Part shown: positions 1 through 10,959 of the stretch, in pieces
How the letters are laid out: each line of letters begins with the position of its first letter
Position numbering within the stretch: position 1 is the first letter of the stretch
DNA from: Seison nebaliae
Lineage: Eukaryota
Assembly: GCA_023231475.1 (NCBI GenBank)
Contig: JALJEE010000063.1
Span: forward strand, 1 to 37,963
Direction of reading: 5' to 3'
Length of the DNA stretch: 37,963 nt
Program-made: the position numbers and the translations under genes
Notes under the pieces: generated by a model
Databases searched by the model: none
What the model was told of the DNA's origin: nothing
The model's input: the letters and a program-made list of their open reading frames with translations, nothing else

Positions 1-1
1 T

Positions 2-127
2 ACTTCTCATATTCCAGAATATTTAAGAGATGAAATCGTCATTGGAAGAAAACTTATCACTGATAACATGTACAGTAATCTATCTCATTTTCTTTTTAAT
101 TTACCCCGAGGGGATTTGATTTTATAA
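2..127 (+). CDS. probable 3' end of a gene entering from the left edge (product unknown)
   Basis: Frame open from base 2 to TAA 125-127 (TSHIPEYLRDEIVIGRKLITDNMYSNLSHFLFNLPRGDLIL*), with AATAAA at 126-131 and 130-135 directly after. No recognisable motif. Confidence 0.4.
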   Translation, partial: TSHIPEYLRDEIVIGRKLITDNMYSNLSHFLFNLPRGDLIL

Positions 128-440
128 TAAATAAAAAAAAAAAAAAAATTAACAAAGTTTTCATAATTCATATAGATATATAGAAATTGAAGTAGAATTG
201 TAAAATATAATAACAATATAGTATATTATAAAAAAATATTGTTAAAGTTTTTTTAATATAAGATGATAAAACGGTTTAAGAAAATTTGATTATCGTTGTT
301 TTCCAAGAGATTTCCTTGAGTAACAAGTTAGTCTATCAATAATATATGTTGTTGAAATGAAATGGAGAAACATAAAGATGCATATCCAATGAAGTTCTTC
401 ATCTTTTCAAAACGTCAAAATATTAATCCAACTATAAAAT

Positions 441-2382
441 CTAACAACTTAATCGGAATTTTGCGAATAATATTATCATAACATTCCGGTTGAAATAAAA
501 GAGATAGATACTTAATACATTAACCAAATAAGGAATGAACAGTAGACACTTTTTCACTATCTGATTCGTTTGATACTAAATGCACATTAATTTCTTATAG
601 TTTACTCAATAGTTATTTAACTTTCTCAATTGATATTTGCATCAAATAACTTATGTAACAACAGATGGACCAATATAATAAATTTATTGTTCGCCCATGC
701 CAAATATAAACGAAACTATAACAAATAAACCCAGCCAATAGAAAATTTGTGTTTCTCAACGGAATATATAATGTTCGTACGAGATATTCATATATTCCAA
801 CATCAAAATATCTGTTAATTATCAAAGATATCGAATATTAAGTTGATGAATAAAATAACTTCCACATACCTTTAGGTAAAGGTAAAAATGTGATACCAAA
901 TGGTAAAATTGGTATTTCTATTCCATCTACAACAGCAGAAATCAGTAAACCAATACCATAAAGATATAAATATTTTAATCCATATTCAATAGTACCCAAA
1001 TAATAAAAGAATCCATAATATCTGAAACCAATTCGATCGAATGTTGGAATAGTTGAATTATGAAAACCAGGATAAATTTCCTCTACATTTGATACAAACT
1101 CTACCAAACTAATCGGATAAATATACAGAGCCAATTGATACGTTACAAAGAGAATAATTCCAAAAAATAAAAAGTATTTCATTAGCTTAATTACTTTATT
1201 CATCATATTTGATTCTTTCGTTTCATTAGTTAAGAAATTCTGAAAATTTCCAACTTTCACTAATTTGAAATAATAAAGAATTTAACTGAATTATACCATC
1301 TCTGATAATCGACATACGGTCCATTAAACAGGTTCGGTAAATAATAGGAATATACTAAAAAATGAAAGAATGAATAAAATTGTTTTGTTCTTTCATCTTT
1401 ACATGATATTCGTTGAAATATAAATCCTGACATTCTCATCATCAAAAATCCTGAACAACTAATTTCCGGGATATCCCATCTTGATATTATTCCATCTTTG
1501 ACATCCCACTGAAAAATTAAAAGAATTAAAAAGGAACGTATTCGATAGAATAACTTGGAATAATTTTGATATCGTTTCTAATCCGCAAAGATCAGCCGCA
1601 ATTAGAACGAGCAAAAGAAATATATAGTACCAATATTTTCTTGTTAATTTCTCTAAAATTAAACAGCTAATCCAAAAATAAGCAATCGGTACAACAATCA
1701 ATAGTGTGAGGAATTTGGTATGTAACGAAAAGAAGATAAACGAGAATGTCAGAAAAACAGAAAAAGAAAGACGAATTTGATCTGAATTACAATTATGAAA
1801 GTTCATTTTTTCCCATTCTGGTAGTTTTATAGTAATTGGAAATACTTTAGTTGTTTTATTATCATCAATCGAAGTATATTCTGACTCAGCAACAAACTTC
1901 CCAAGTAACACATAATAGTTACAATAACCTCCATTATGACGCTTACTTAAAATTTTTTTCTTGTTCTTGAAAATTATTCACTTAAAACGATGTATAATTC
2001 ACAAAATAGTAACTTTGTTCTTTTGCCATTTAAATTCATCATAAATTATCATCAGAACAATGTACAAAAGAATATAAATTGTATGAGATGAATAAACTAT
2101 GGTCAATATGGTTGTTAGTTCTGGATCGACTTTCTACAATAAACTAATTCATTTTAAACTATATTTTTTACTTTTAACTTCCTCACTATGATGTTCGTCA
2201 AAAAAGTCTTTCCAAAAATATGTTCTTTTAATATCTACAAAATATAAATTTATATCACTATTATAATCATTATTATAAATAAAATAACTTTCAACATCAT
2301 CATAAATTAAGTAGAATAAAAATATAGATAATAAACCAAATACTACTGTGGCTATACGAAAATTAAGAGTACCGAACATCAT
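441..2382 (-). CDS. HHAT: MBOAT-family acyltransferase, Hedgehog acyltransferase (HHAT/rasp)/GUP1-like; multi-exon, 3' end uncertain
   Basis: Splicing GTT..AG introns (2178-2134, 1554-1509, 1286-1240, 859-812, 621-576; less certain 2013-1966 and 1928-1881) joins five ORF fragments. It restores the motifs YSYYLPNLFNGPYVDY, GMWKYFDVGIYEYL..LYIPL and FVYIWHG (catalytic His retained), with many hydrophobic segments. The simplest stop is TAG 443-441. Confidence 0.8.
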
Positions 2383-3096
2383 TATTCAAAATATCTTAAC
2401 CGTAATACATAAAAGATTTATCATTTGACGGTTATTAGTAAATTTTATCAAATATTTATCAACGAATAACCTTCTTATTCTTCCATTTAAATAAGAAGCA
2501 TCTGTTAAACTTTTATATTATAAATTTTTAAACTCTGAAAACGGGTTAATTTTATTAATCAACCTAACAACTAAATTGTTTTTACGAACTGTTCATTTCT
2601 AGACGACGAAAATTCATATTTCTATATAGAGGTGACGAAAAGACTAATAATACACACATAGGATGGTGGATTGTCCAACATGAATACAATGAGATGGGAA
2701 AATATAAGGGTACCGAAAACACCGTGATTCTAAAAAATAGAAAAAATGAAAATAGAAATGATGATCATGAAGAGTAATTGTCAGTCAAATATTTCAAACA
2801 TTCAGTGACTTACTCGAATTGGTTTTTTCTGGTCGGTTTCAAATAATTTTTAAACTTGCTAAAAAATTTCTGAGATTGTTGAAATATAGTTATTTTTGGC
2901 AAAATAGGTTCAGTGGTTTAAAAAAGATTTTATTTTATTTTTATAAAATATGTTAAAAGATGTTAGGACGAAAACAGTTAAATCTAAAATGAAAAAAAAA
3001 CTGTAAAAATGTCCACTAAATCAGAAATAATAAAAATAGAAAATTAATTTCATTACTTACCATTACAAGTACATTACAATTGTTAGTAATTCCAAA

Positions 3097-4647
3097 TTAG
3101 GCTCCTTTTTTAAAGAACTGAGCCATTTTAGTGATATTATCATCTGAACAGTCATTTACATCTATTTTATTTCCTTCCCAAAAACCGCCCATTACTGTTA
3201 CCTGTGCGGACCTTCGAGGTTCGACGAACTTATTCATCATTCGGTATTTTTGATGATTACCAAAACATTGGTGCTCCATAATAGATTGGACGTCTAAAAG
3301 AAATAAAGATTAATTAACAGAAGCAGACATAACATTAAATTAACGTGTTTTCCTTTTCAAAATATTAATGTCATCCTTTGCTGTATTTTCTGAACTGTAA
3401 ATTCGAATATATTTACTACCGTCTAATTTTCTATAAACGAGTTGTGTTTGATATGGAACTTTCTTATTATTCCATTTCTTTACATGATCATTGGAAATGT
3501 CTTTCAATTCAAATTCAAATGTTTCCTGTGATCCTGCCACAACATTTCCTTGTTCGATAATTCGAATGTTCTGTTCCTCGTTTGTGGCATCTAAAACACG
3601 AAAACCTTTTGGCATTCTAAATGTCGTCTCTACATTCGTTGCCAACTGTTCCACTTTCAACAGATCTGCAAAATCGTTAGATTCATCTTTTGGATCGAAC
3701 ATTCTTACATCGCCTTCTGTCAATAAAGCAACATGGCCCAAATCTTTTAGGTTGCAGTGACAATCAGCGACTGACATGAGATCGACGATAACTCCGCATT
3801 CTTTTGCCAATTCACCTAATTCTTGATAGAATTTTTTGTCACCACTTTTTCCCATTCCTATATTAGCCTCTCCATCCGTTAAAATGACCACACGAGAACC
3901 AGGTGAACGTGACGTATATCGAATAGCTGAATAAAGAGCCGGTCCCATCGCAGTACCACCACCACAACGAAGCGATCGAACTGCTTTCGATATTGCTTCA
4001 TAACTCTCCTTAACTGGTTTGGGCTCATTAAATTTATTAGAGAAGTCTGTCCATTTATTCTTGTCCATGATATTACCAACTTGCTGCTCTTTAGCGTTCG
4101 ATGTAAAATCACCGTAACAGATTACAGATGATTCGAATGTGATTAACGATAGTTTATTGTTGAGATATTTCTTGCTTTGAAGGTCGATAGCTTTCAAAGT
4201 CATTTTCTTAACCGACTCCAATAGACTGATATTTCTATGGGGAACGTGTTGACCCATACTTCCACTAATATCAATAACAAATACGACCATTATCGATTTT
4301 CCATTATTTTCTTCAATGGTAGAAGTAGTAGTTCCTGTAATTGTACCATCTTCCAATTTATATGTCATTGCTTTTGAACTATTACACAAGGACTTAATCT
4401 GATCTTCTGGATATTGTGTAATATCATTCAAATTATCACAGAATTCACATTTCCATTCATTCTTACCATCTTTCATCACCACATTATTCTTCGACAAATG
4501 AGATAGCACGGCACCACAGTCACAACGCACGATCTCACCCAAAGATAATGACCAATCATTTCTTATGTCATCATAATTAATTTGAATCAATTGAAAAGAG
4601 TTATCTTGTACATTTCCCGTATAAAAATGATCTCTTCCTGCGTGCAT
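3097..4647 (-). CDS. Sec23/24-type Zn finger + vWA protein, resembling the 'circularly permutated Ras protein 1-like' family without a Ras domain
   Basis: IVRCDCGAVLS...WKCEFC zinc finger and intact MIDAS-type motifs (VFVIDISGSM, GGTAMGPAL, ILTDGEANIG). One 51-nt intron 3344-3294 (GTTAAT..TAG) fuses ORF 3340..4647 in frame to ORF 3097..3279. Confidence 0.8.
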
Positions 4648-5423
4648 TCTCCAAAATCTTATTACTTATAAAAATATCTTTCTATTAAAAAGAATTAAAA
4701 ATCTTATAATCGTATTTCTTATATATCTTGTAAATAGAAAAAAGTGATGTAATTATACAATTTAGCTTACTATTGCGTAATTGGCGTGATTAATAATTTA
4801 TTTTTCAAATGTAAATGTAAAAATTGAAAAAAATACCAAATACTACACAATTTTTTCTACAAAAAGAATTTATTTTATTTAATATATACTACCTATTTTA
4901 TACATATCATTGCTATTTACATGTCACGTATGTTGTGTAATTTTATGATATATTGCAGAATGTTTTTCACTTCTTTTTGTTGAATATTTAACATTTTACA
5001 CTTCCTGATTTGTTGAATTATTAAAATTTAGTGTATTTTTGTTCAAGGACTATCTCATGAATGATGTCTTTTCTATTTTGTTACATTTATTAAGTTCACC
5101 CAAATGAAATTTATTGTTCTGGTTGTTGTAAATTCTTTTTGATAAGGAAATCCCAAAAAGAATCAAGACTAGTAATAAAAAAAGGAAATGTTAAATTTTA
5201 TTGACTTTTGGAAAATGTTATATAATATATAGTATATATTAATATATATTGGAATTGGATCCATTTAAACAATGTATAAAAATCAAAAATTTAAGTTATG
5301 AGTTTAAGACATGAATTTTTAGGATTATTTTCTTAGAATTTTTTTTCAGATTTGATGACATATATATTTACACGAACATATATTTGGCGTCTCTTTCGTA
5401 CCTGCTGAAGAAATTGAATTTAT

Positions 5424-5759
5424 TCAATAAACTGAAATACTGAAATAAATGAAGTTCAAGAAAGTAGTACTCCTTACGAGAAGTATATTTATCTTTAACA
5501 ATATTTCTACCACGATCTTGAAACACGATCTCTCCTTTTTGACATAAGCCCTTCTCTTGATCTCTCTCGCTTTCTCTTTCCTCATCTTCTTCTTTAGCTC
5601 TTCTAAGCCACCACCGCTACACCTCTCCCCCATTATTTTTAATTGCCCATAGTGATCGCATTCCGGGGAACAAAACCATTTAATGTCTCCCGTCAAGTCC
5701 TTTTTTGTCACCTGGACACAACCCCAATTATAATCATCATTAAAGACAAAAGGATCAAA
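5424..5759 (-). pseudogene. fragment with the C-terminal half of a PHD-like finger plus a basic tail, probably transposon-derived
   Basis: Frame reads ..DDYNWGCVQVTKKDLTGDIKWFCSPEC.., resembling the H-x2-CV...W-x-C-x2/3-C end of a PHD finger. The N-terminal Cys pairs are missing and the fragment abuts a transposase-like fragment. Confidence 0.35.
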
Positions 5760-5979
5760 AATAGAGGAACGGAAATACCAAAACTTTATTCTGAGGTGAA
5801 TTGATGGTCCAATTTTCTTCCACTAAATCTTCAATATATTTGATGATTTCAGGGGTTTGCTTTCCATGACGTCGACCTCCCCATGCAGAAGTTTCTTTGC
5901 CATCATTGAGTATCCAACTACGAGCTGTTGTAATTGGTACTTGATGAATTTTGCAAAGTTCTTTCCAATACATCACCAA
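5755..5979 (-). mobile_element. Tc1/IS630-like transposase N-terminal HTH relic
   Basis: WKELCKIHQVPITTARSWI....WGGRRHGKQTPEIIKYIEDLVEENWTI matches the HTH-GG.R..K-linker-second-helix pattern of IS630/Tc1-type transposases. No DDE domain follows. Confidence 0.55.
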
Positions 5980-6219
5980 GACAGATCCTCCATCAGTACA
6001 TCAAGATCTTCAGTATGCGACAGTTTTTAAGATTTATAAATTTTACAATATATAATTTAAATTATTATTATAATTTTATAAAAATAATACTTCTGCACAT
6101 GTTTTACTATTTTAAATATATTTTGACCAGGATGTCAAATTAAATTTTAAAAAAAATGGTTTTTTGAATATTAACATCTTACTTTATTTCATCTCAGAAA
6201 CTTAAGTTTATATTCTGCA

Positions 6220-6323
6220 AACTTGATTTTAAATTTTACGAACTTGAATTTTAATTATAGGAACTTGAATTATAATTTTATGAACTTTAATTTTAATTTT
6301 ATGAACTCGAATTTTCATTATAC
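6220..6323. repeat. degenerate 21-bp minisatellite, about 5 copies
   Basis: AACT(T/C) recurs at 6220, 6241, 6262, 6283 and 6304; consensus approximately GAACTTGAATTTTAATTTTAT. Confidence 0.85.
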
Positions 6324-6540
6324 ATATAGTATTGAACTAATTGAGGAATTGAGGAATTGGTTAATAGAAATAACACCTCGAAATTCTGGTCTTTAATGAG
6401 AAAAAAAGAATGAAGTACTTCGATTATTAGTATTGAAGAAGCCAAAGGTATCTGAAAGTAGTTGAGTCTATTCGCATAAAGCGAGGGCTTTTCGCCATCA
6501 ACAACGTATTTCCGTTCATAATCTAAACCTCCAATTTTTT

Positions 6541-6793
6541 CAAATTAAGCCATCCTGGGAAATCGAGATTAAGAGATAAAAGAACGAAGGAATTGAAGGT
6601 GACGAAAACATTTTCTCTTTTTGGAGCTATAGAAGTAAATGTCCAATTCTGGGGAAAACAGCGGCCGAAATATTCTCCAACTGCTGCCTGGGAAGCCACC
6701 TTTAATATTACGTAATCGAAGCTATGACGACGATGGAAACTAAAATTGACAGATTTAATGAAAGTAGTTTTCGTGACCTCAAACTCTGAATAA
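6541..6793 (+). mobile_element. hAT transposase C-terminal dimerisation-domain relic (not in the ORF track)
   Basis: Reads EIKR*KNEGIEGDENIFSFWSYRSKCPILGKTAAEIF / frameshift / PTAAWEATFNIT*SKL*RRWKLKLTDLMKVVFVTSN. This follows the hAT pattern E..Y....l.fW.....P.L...A...l..p.saa.Er.Fs......rR.rL....l..lvF...N, with three internal stops and one frameshift. Confidence 0.7.
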
Positions 6794-7401
6794 GAATACA
6801 CCTTGTGTTCTCTTTAAAAAGCTTGTAGTGTTTCACCCAGTGGATTTAAATAATTTTGAATCAATTCGGATGAACAAAACCATATGAACATGGGATTATC
6901 GGTTCTAGCGAACAAATTTCTCTAATTATGCATTCTCCAATCAGAAGAAGATTATTGAGGAGAAACTAACATCGAATTGGTAAAGAATTGGGCGACTGAA
7001 TTTAAATAAATTAAATTTAAGAATTCTTTATTTTCGCATTCTCATTGTGATATTTTCCCCTCATTCGCTAATGTGAAGAGAAAAGTAACAACTTAAGATC
7101 ATCGAAATCAAGAACTGAATGTGAGTTAATTAATTTATTTTTTCCAAATGCATCCATATATTGGAAGAAAGATTGTTTCTTGGCATTATCGTTTGTGTAA
7201 ATGAAGAGAACGGTAAATGGCTGAATGATAAATTTAAAAATGGATCCAAATAATACAAATAGAAATAAACTATTCTTATATAATTTGTAGAGTTTCCTCC
7301 GTTGGATCAGAGAGGAAGTTGAAGTAGATGAAGAAAAAAACTTTACAGAAAAAGATGTGTGTAAAACGGAAAACGAAAATGATTTGGGAATAGATGAAAA
7401 A

Positions 7402-10400
7402 TCAGAGACGTGTCCGATATTGTGAATTTGAAGAGATATTTGAAGAAGACTTTTTCTCGATTAGATGATAATATGTTGAACTTTCATTATTTTCAGTTGA
7501 ATTCATCAATTTCTTTTCGTTCAATTCCGTTCTCTCAATCTTTCGATATTCAACTTGACTGATGTCCATCGTCGATTGAGTGGAATTAGTGGATTGTGAT
7601 TTTTGTGATTCGTTTCGAACTTGAGAAGATGAATAAGAAGATAATGATTCTTTGGGTGTTAAAGAAATCGAAGGAGCTTCGGGGACATATATAGGAATAA
7701 TTCTTGTTTTTAATTGATCATTCGTCGTCCTCAATTTGGAGTTATTGTAAAAGTAATTTAGTGAACTATTATCATTATTCTTTCCTGGATTAATAGAGCG
7801 ATTAATTATTTCTTGTTTATTTGAAAATGTTTTATTAGAGGTTTCTATCGTTTCTTCATCGTGCGAAAACTTTGCAATAGGCGCCATATCTTTCCAAGGA
7901 GACATCACTAAATCACCATGACGACCAAGCGATCGAATGACATTGATATTCTTATAATCTTTATTGTTCATTAAATTGATCTTGTGAGTAGGAGAGACAG
8001 GTGATGAATGATGATTGTCATTACAACTGAGATTCGTCAAATATTTAGGAAACGTCGTCAATCGAGTAGGATCGATCGGATGTGATGGTGAATTTGTTCT
8101 CCTATCATCGATGTGTAATGATCCCAATCGGGCTGATGTCGAATTTAATAAACAATCAATATCATCGATTTTGTTTCGTTGATTAACTTGATAATCCAGA
8201 AGTTTTAAACGGCTGTCTAACAACCTTTCAGCTTTTTTCGATTTTTCAGTTCTAATTGGGAATTCTTTTAATTTCATGTCACTTTCTATTGGTAATTTCG
8301 ATTTTTCTTTATCATCATTCTCATAGATATTCTTCAATGGTTTCCTTTGTCGTTTAATCAATGAATTGATTCCCATTTGTGGAACATTATCATAATGAGA
8401 TAACGGTCTCAAATCATTATAACAGGATTTGGAAATAGTTGAATGACTTCGATTAATTTTCTTCGGAGACGTATCATCTCGATCGAACGTATTTGTTATT
8501 GTTTTATTGAGGTTCTGTGATTCTACTACATCTTCTTCATTATCGATCGTTGTCCTCGGCAATCGCCGACGTAATAATGATGAAGATGTTGTTGATGATG
8601 AGACAATATCACTCTCTTCAATTAGTAAACTATTTTTTTTGTCGAAAATGATTTGATCTGAATTCATATTCATTTCCAAACTCTCAGAATTATATCGATT
8701 GTGATTCATCTGAAATTTCGATTTTTCATTTTTGTTCGCTGATGCAAGAACCGAATGTTTCCGTCGTAAATTTGTTTTGATGGAATTCATTAACGAATCT
8801 TTTCTCGAAGTTTTTCCTCGTTTGTTGTTCGATGATAAATTCTTATTTCTTGATGATCGTTCATTTGATAGGATACAATTTTCAGTTAAATTATGTTCGG
8901 AAATGGATGTTGGAACAATGTCGGAAATATTTGAACGATCAAATGATAAATTGTTTATGTCGCCAGTACTGCCAATATATTGGTTGACTGAAGCACTAAT
9001 CATATCAGTTTCGGTGAGAATACTTTCCGTATCATTATCAGTGTGTTGTGAAGAAGAATTTTTATTCTTATTATCGATATTCTGAATCTTTTCAATATTT
9101 CCATGCACCGTATGATAATTGGGCAAACCGGAAATAAATGTAAATTGTTCATCATTTCCGTTAAACGACGTAATCATCGTACGATCTTCCACCATCAAAT
9201 TAGTCATCGATCTCTTCCCACCAATTAGTGTTTTTGGTGAAATCGATTCATCTTTATTATAATTTCTCGTTGAAATGGATATATCATTTGACAATGAACT
9301 AAGAATTGAATCCGATTCACTTTCAGTTGTATTGACAGTGGAGATACTTCGAATATCAGCATCGATTGTATTAATATCAATAATTGGTTGGTATGCTTTC
9401 GAATTCGTTATTTTATTGATCTCCTCAGTTACATTCGTGGACAAACTTCTTTTCTTCTTTTCACTTTCACTTATTCTTCTTTCATTCATTTCTTTACCGT
9501 CATTAGTCGTCTTTATTTGATCAACATGATGATGATCATCATCATCCGTTTCTTTATTATTATCCTTATTATCAGTTCTATTAGCCATTTTATCATCTTC
9601 AATCGATTTCAATCTCTCTTGTCGGAGGACATCATCGTCAATGATCGATCCGAATGGAATTTGTGGTCGTTCGTCTTTAATGGCAACTTTGTCGATCGAC
9701 AAGTTATTCTTCTCAACTTTCCGCAAAGTTCTCTGAAATATTCTCATAATTTCATCATCAGTTATAAGTCGTTCGTTCAATATCTCATTTTCCATCTCCG
9801 TGAAAAATGTGAGTGCCATATCTTGATCTACTTTTATACGTTCTAAATTCCAATTTTAATATAAAATAATTAAAATAAATAATAACTTGAGAATAATTTA
9901 ATGAGACAACATCCGAAAATATTGATGACGTTAGTTCCGTAAAAGAAGAGAACATCCCAAAATCGGAATAATAATGATATAGGAACCTGAAACAAATAAA
10001 AAACAAAATGAATATCAACATTGTTCAATATCCGATTATTGATGATTATAACTTTATTGATGAATAATTTCAAATACCATTGAGTCGTACAGAAAGTTGG
10101 TTTAATATTGAAACGGACAAGATTCTTGTAAATTCGAGGCGACAGTTTTGCCAACATTGATTCAAAATGATCGCTATAACGGAATAGTTGTGGGAAGCTG
10201 GGACAAAAGAATCCTGAAAAAGAAGAATTATTATAAAAAAACTTTGAAAATTCAAAAAAAAAAAGGGAACCATGCATTGCCAAATTAGCTTTCGTCATAA
10301 TTTGAGATAATGCCCAAAATGAATTCTGATTTTTACTTCGATTAGATTAACATGAAATTATAAAGAGGAACTTCTTCATTATGTAAGATTAAGAGAAGAG

Positions 10401-10959
10401 CAGCAGCAATATCACACATTCCTTGACAATATCCGATTTCTGAATTGTAAATTGAATAAGCGATTAATATTCGAAATAGCATTCGTTGATATCGACAATA
10501 ATCGACGACGAAGAAATGATTAGTTCGAAATGTTCGAGCAATATCTCGATCAACTTGAATAATATCATTATTCGCCGCTAATTGTGATGATCTGTCCACC
10601 AATTGATAATAGAGATCAGGATAATGCTGTTTAATTCGATCGATTTCTAAAAATTTCTTATAAGCGATCTTTCTAGTCTTATAAGGAATTCCTTTAAATA
10701 ATCGATTTGTCATTTGTTTCGTTTCTGATTTGTTCATCGTATTCCATTTCTTTAACATCTCCTTCCATTTTTGTTCACGGATATTTTGTCTCTTCTCATT
10801 CAAATCATAATTCAATTGAGAATATTTCGTCCAAACGAATCCATATCGGTCATATTTCGTCTTATCCATCTCACACTGAATATCATGTTCTTTCTCTTCG
10901 ATCGTCAACGGTTCAGTATATGCCGCAAAATAATCGGCTCTTGTCTTCTCTTTGCTCAT
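7402..10959 (-). CDS. USP6NL: TBC-domain Rab GTPase-activating protein, USP6NL/RN-tre-like, with a long low-complexity C-terminus
   Basis: YDRYGFV, REQKWKEMLKKW, KGIP, VDRDIARTFR (arginine finger), IGYCQGM (glutamine finger), EENSFWAL, AMHGFFCPSFPQL. Introns 10371-10326, 10270-10214, 10052-9987 and 9886-9843 join everything in frame to ORF 7402..9819. Confidence 0.88.

Noticed and set aside
126..148. AATAAA followed by A16, suggesting a retrocopy tail
   Set aside because: The A-run abuts the signal with no spacing, no TSD is visible, and homopolymers are common in this DNA.
328..441. Possible extra HHAT exon (DFIVGLIF*RFEKM..) with TGA 417-415 at a Trp-like position
   Set aside because: No splice of convincing length and phase links it to the gene, so readthrough or a nonsense allele cannot be supported.
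613..1911. Stop-codon reassignment or pseudogene status for the fragmented HHAT-like ORFs (e.g. in-frame TAA at 838-840)
   Set aside because: The stops fall inside 45-48-nt GTT..AG introns whose removal restores motifs such as GMWKYFD. The long single-exon ORFs read normally with the standard code.
6220..6323. CRISPR-like appearance of the 21-bp and 16-bp arrays
   Set aside because: Contiguous degenerate tandem units without unique spacers, in intron-containing eukaryotic DNA with no cas genes.
8732..9846. Plus-strand ORFs of 81-152 aa (and similar ones at 3378-3760, 10707-11082, 26971-27270, 32370-35646)
   Set aside because: Antisense shadows of real minus-strand CDS, with Phe/Ile/Ser-rich translations and no motifs.
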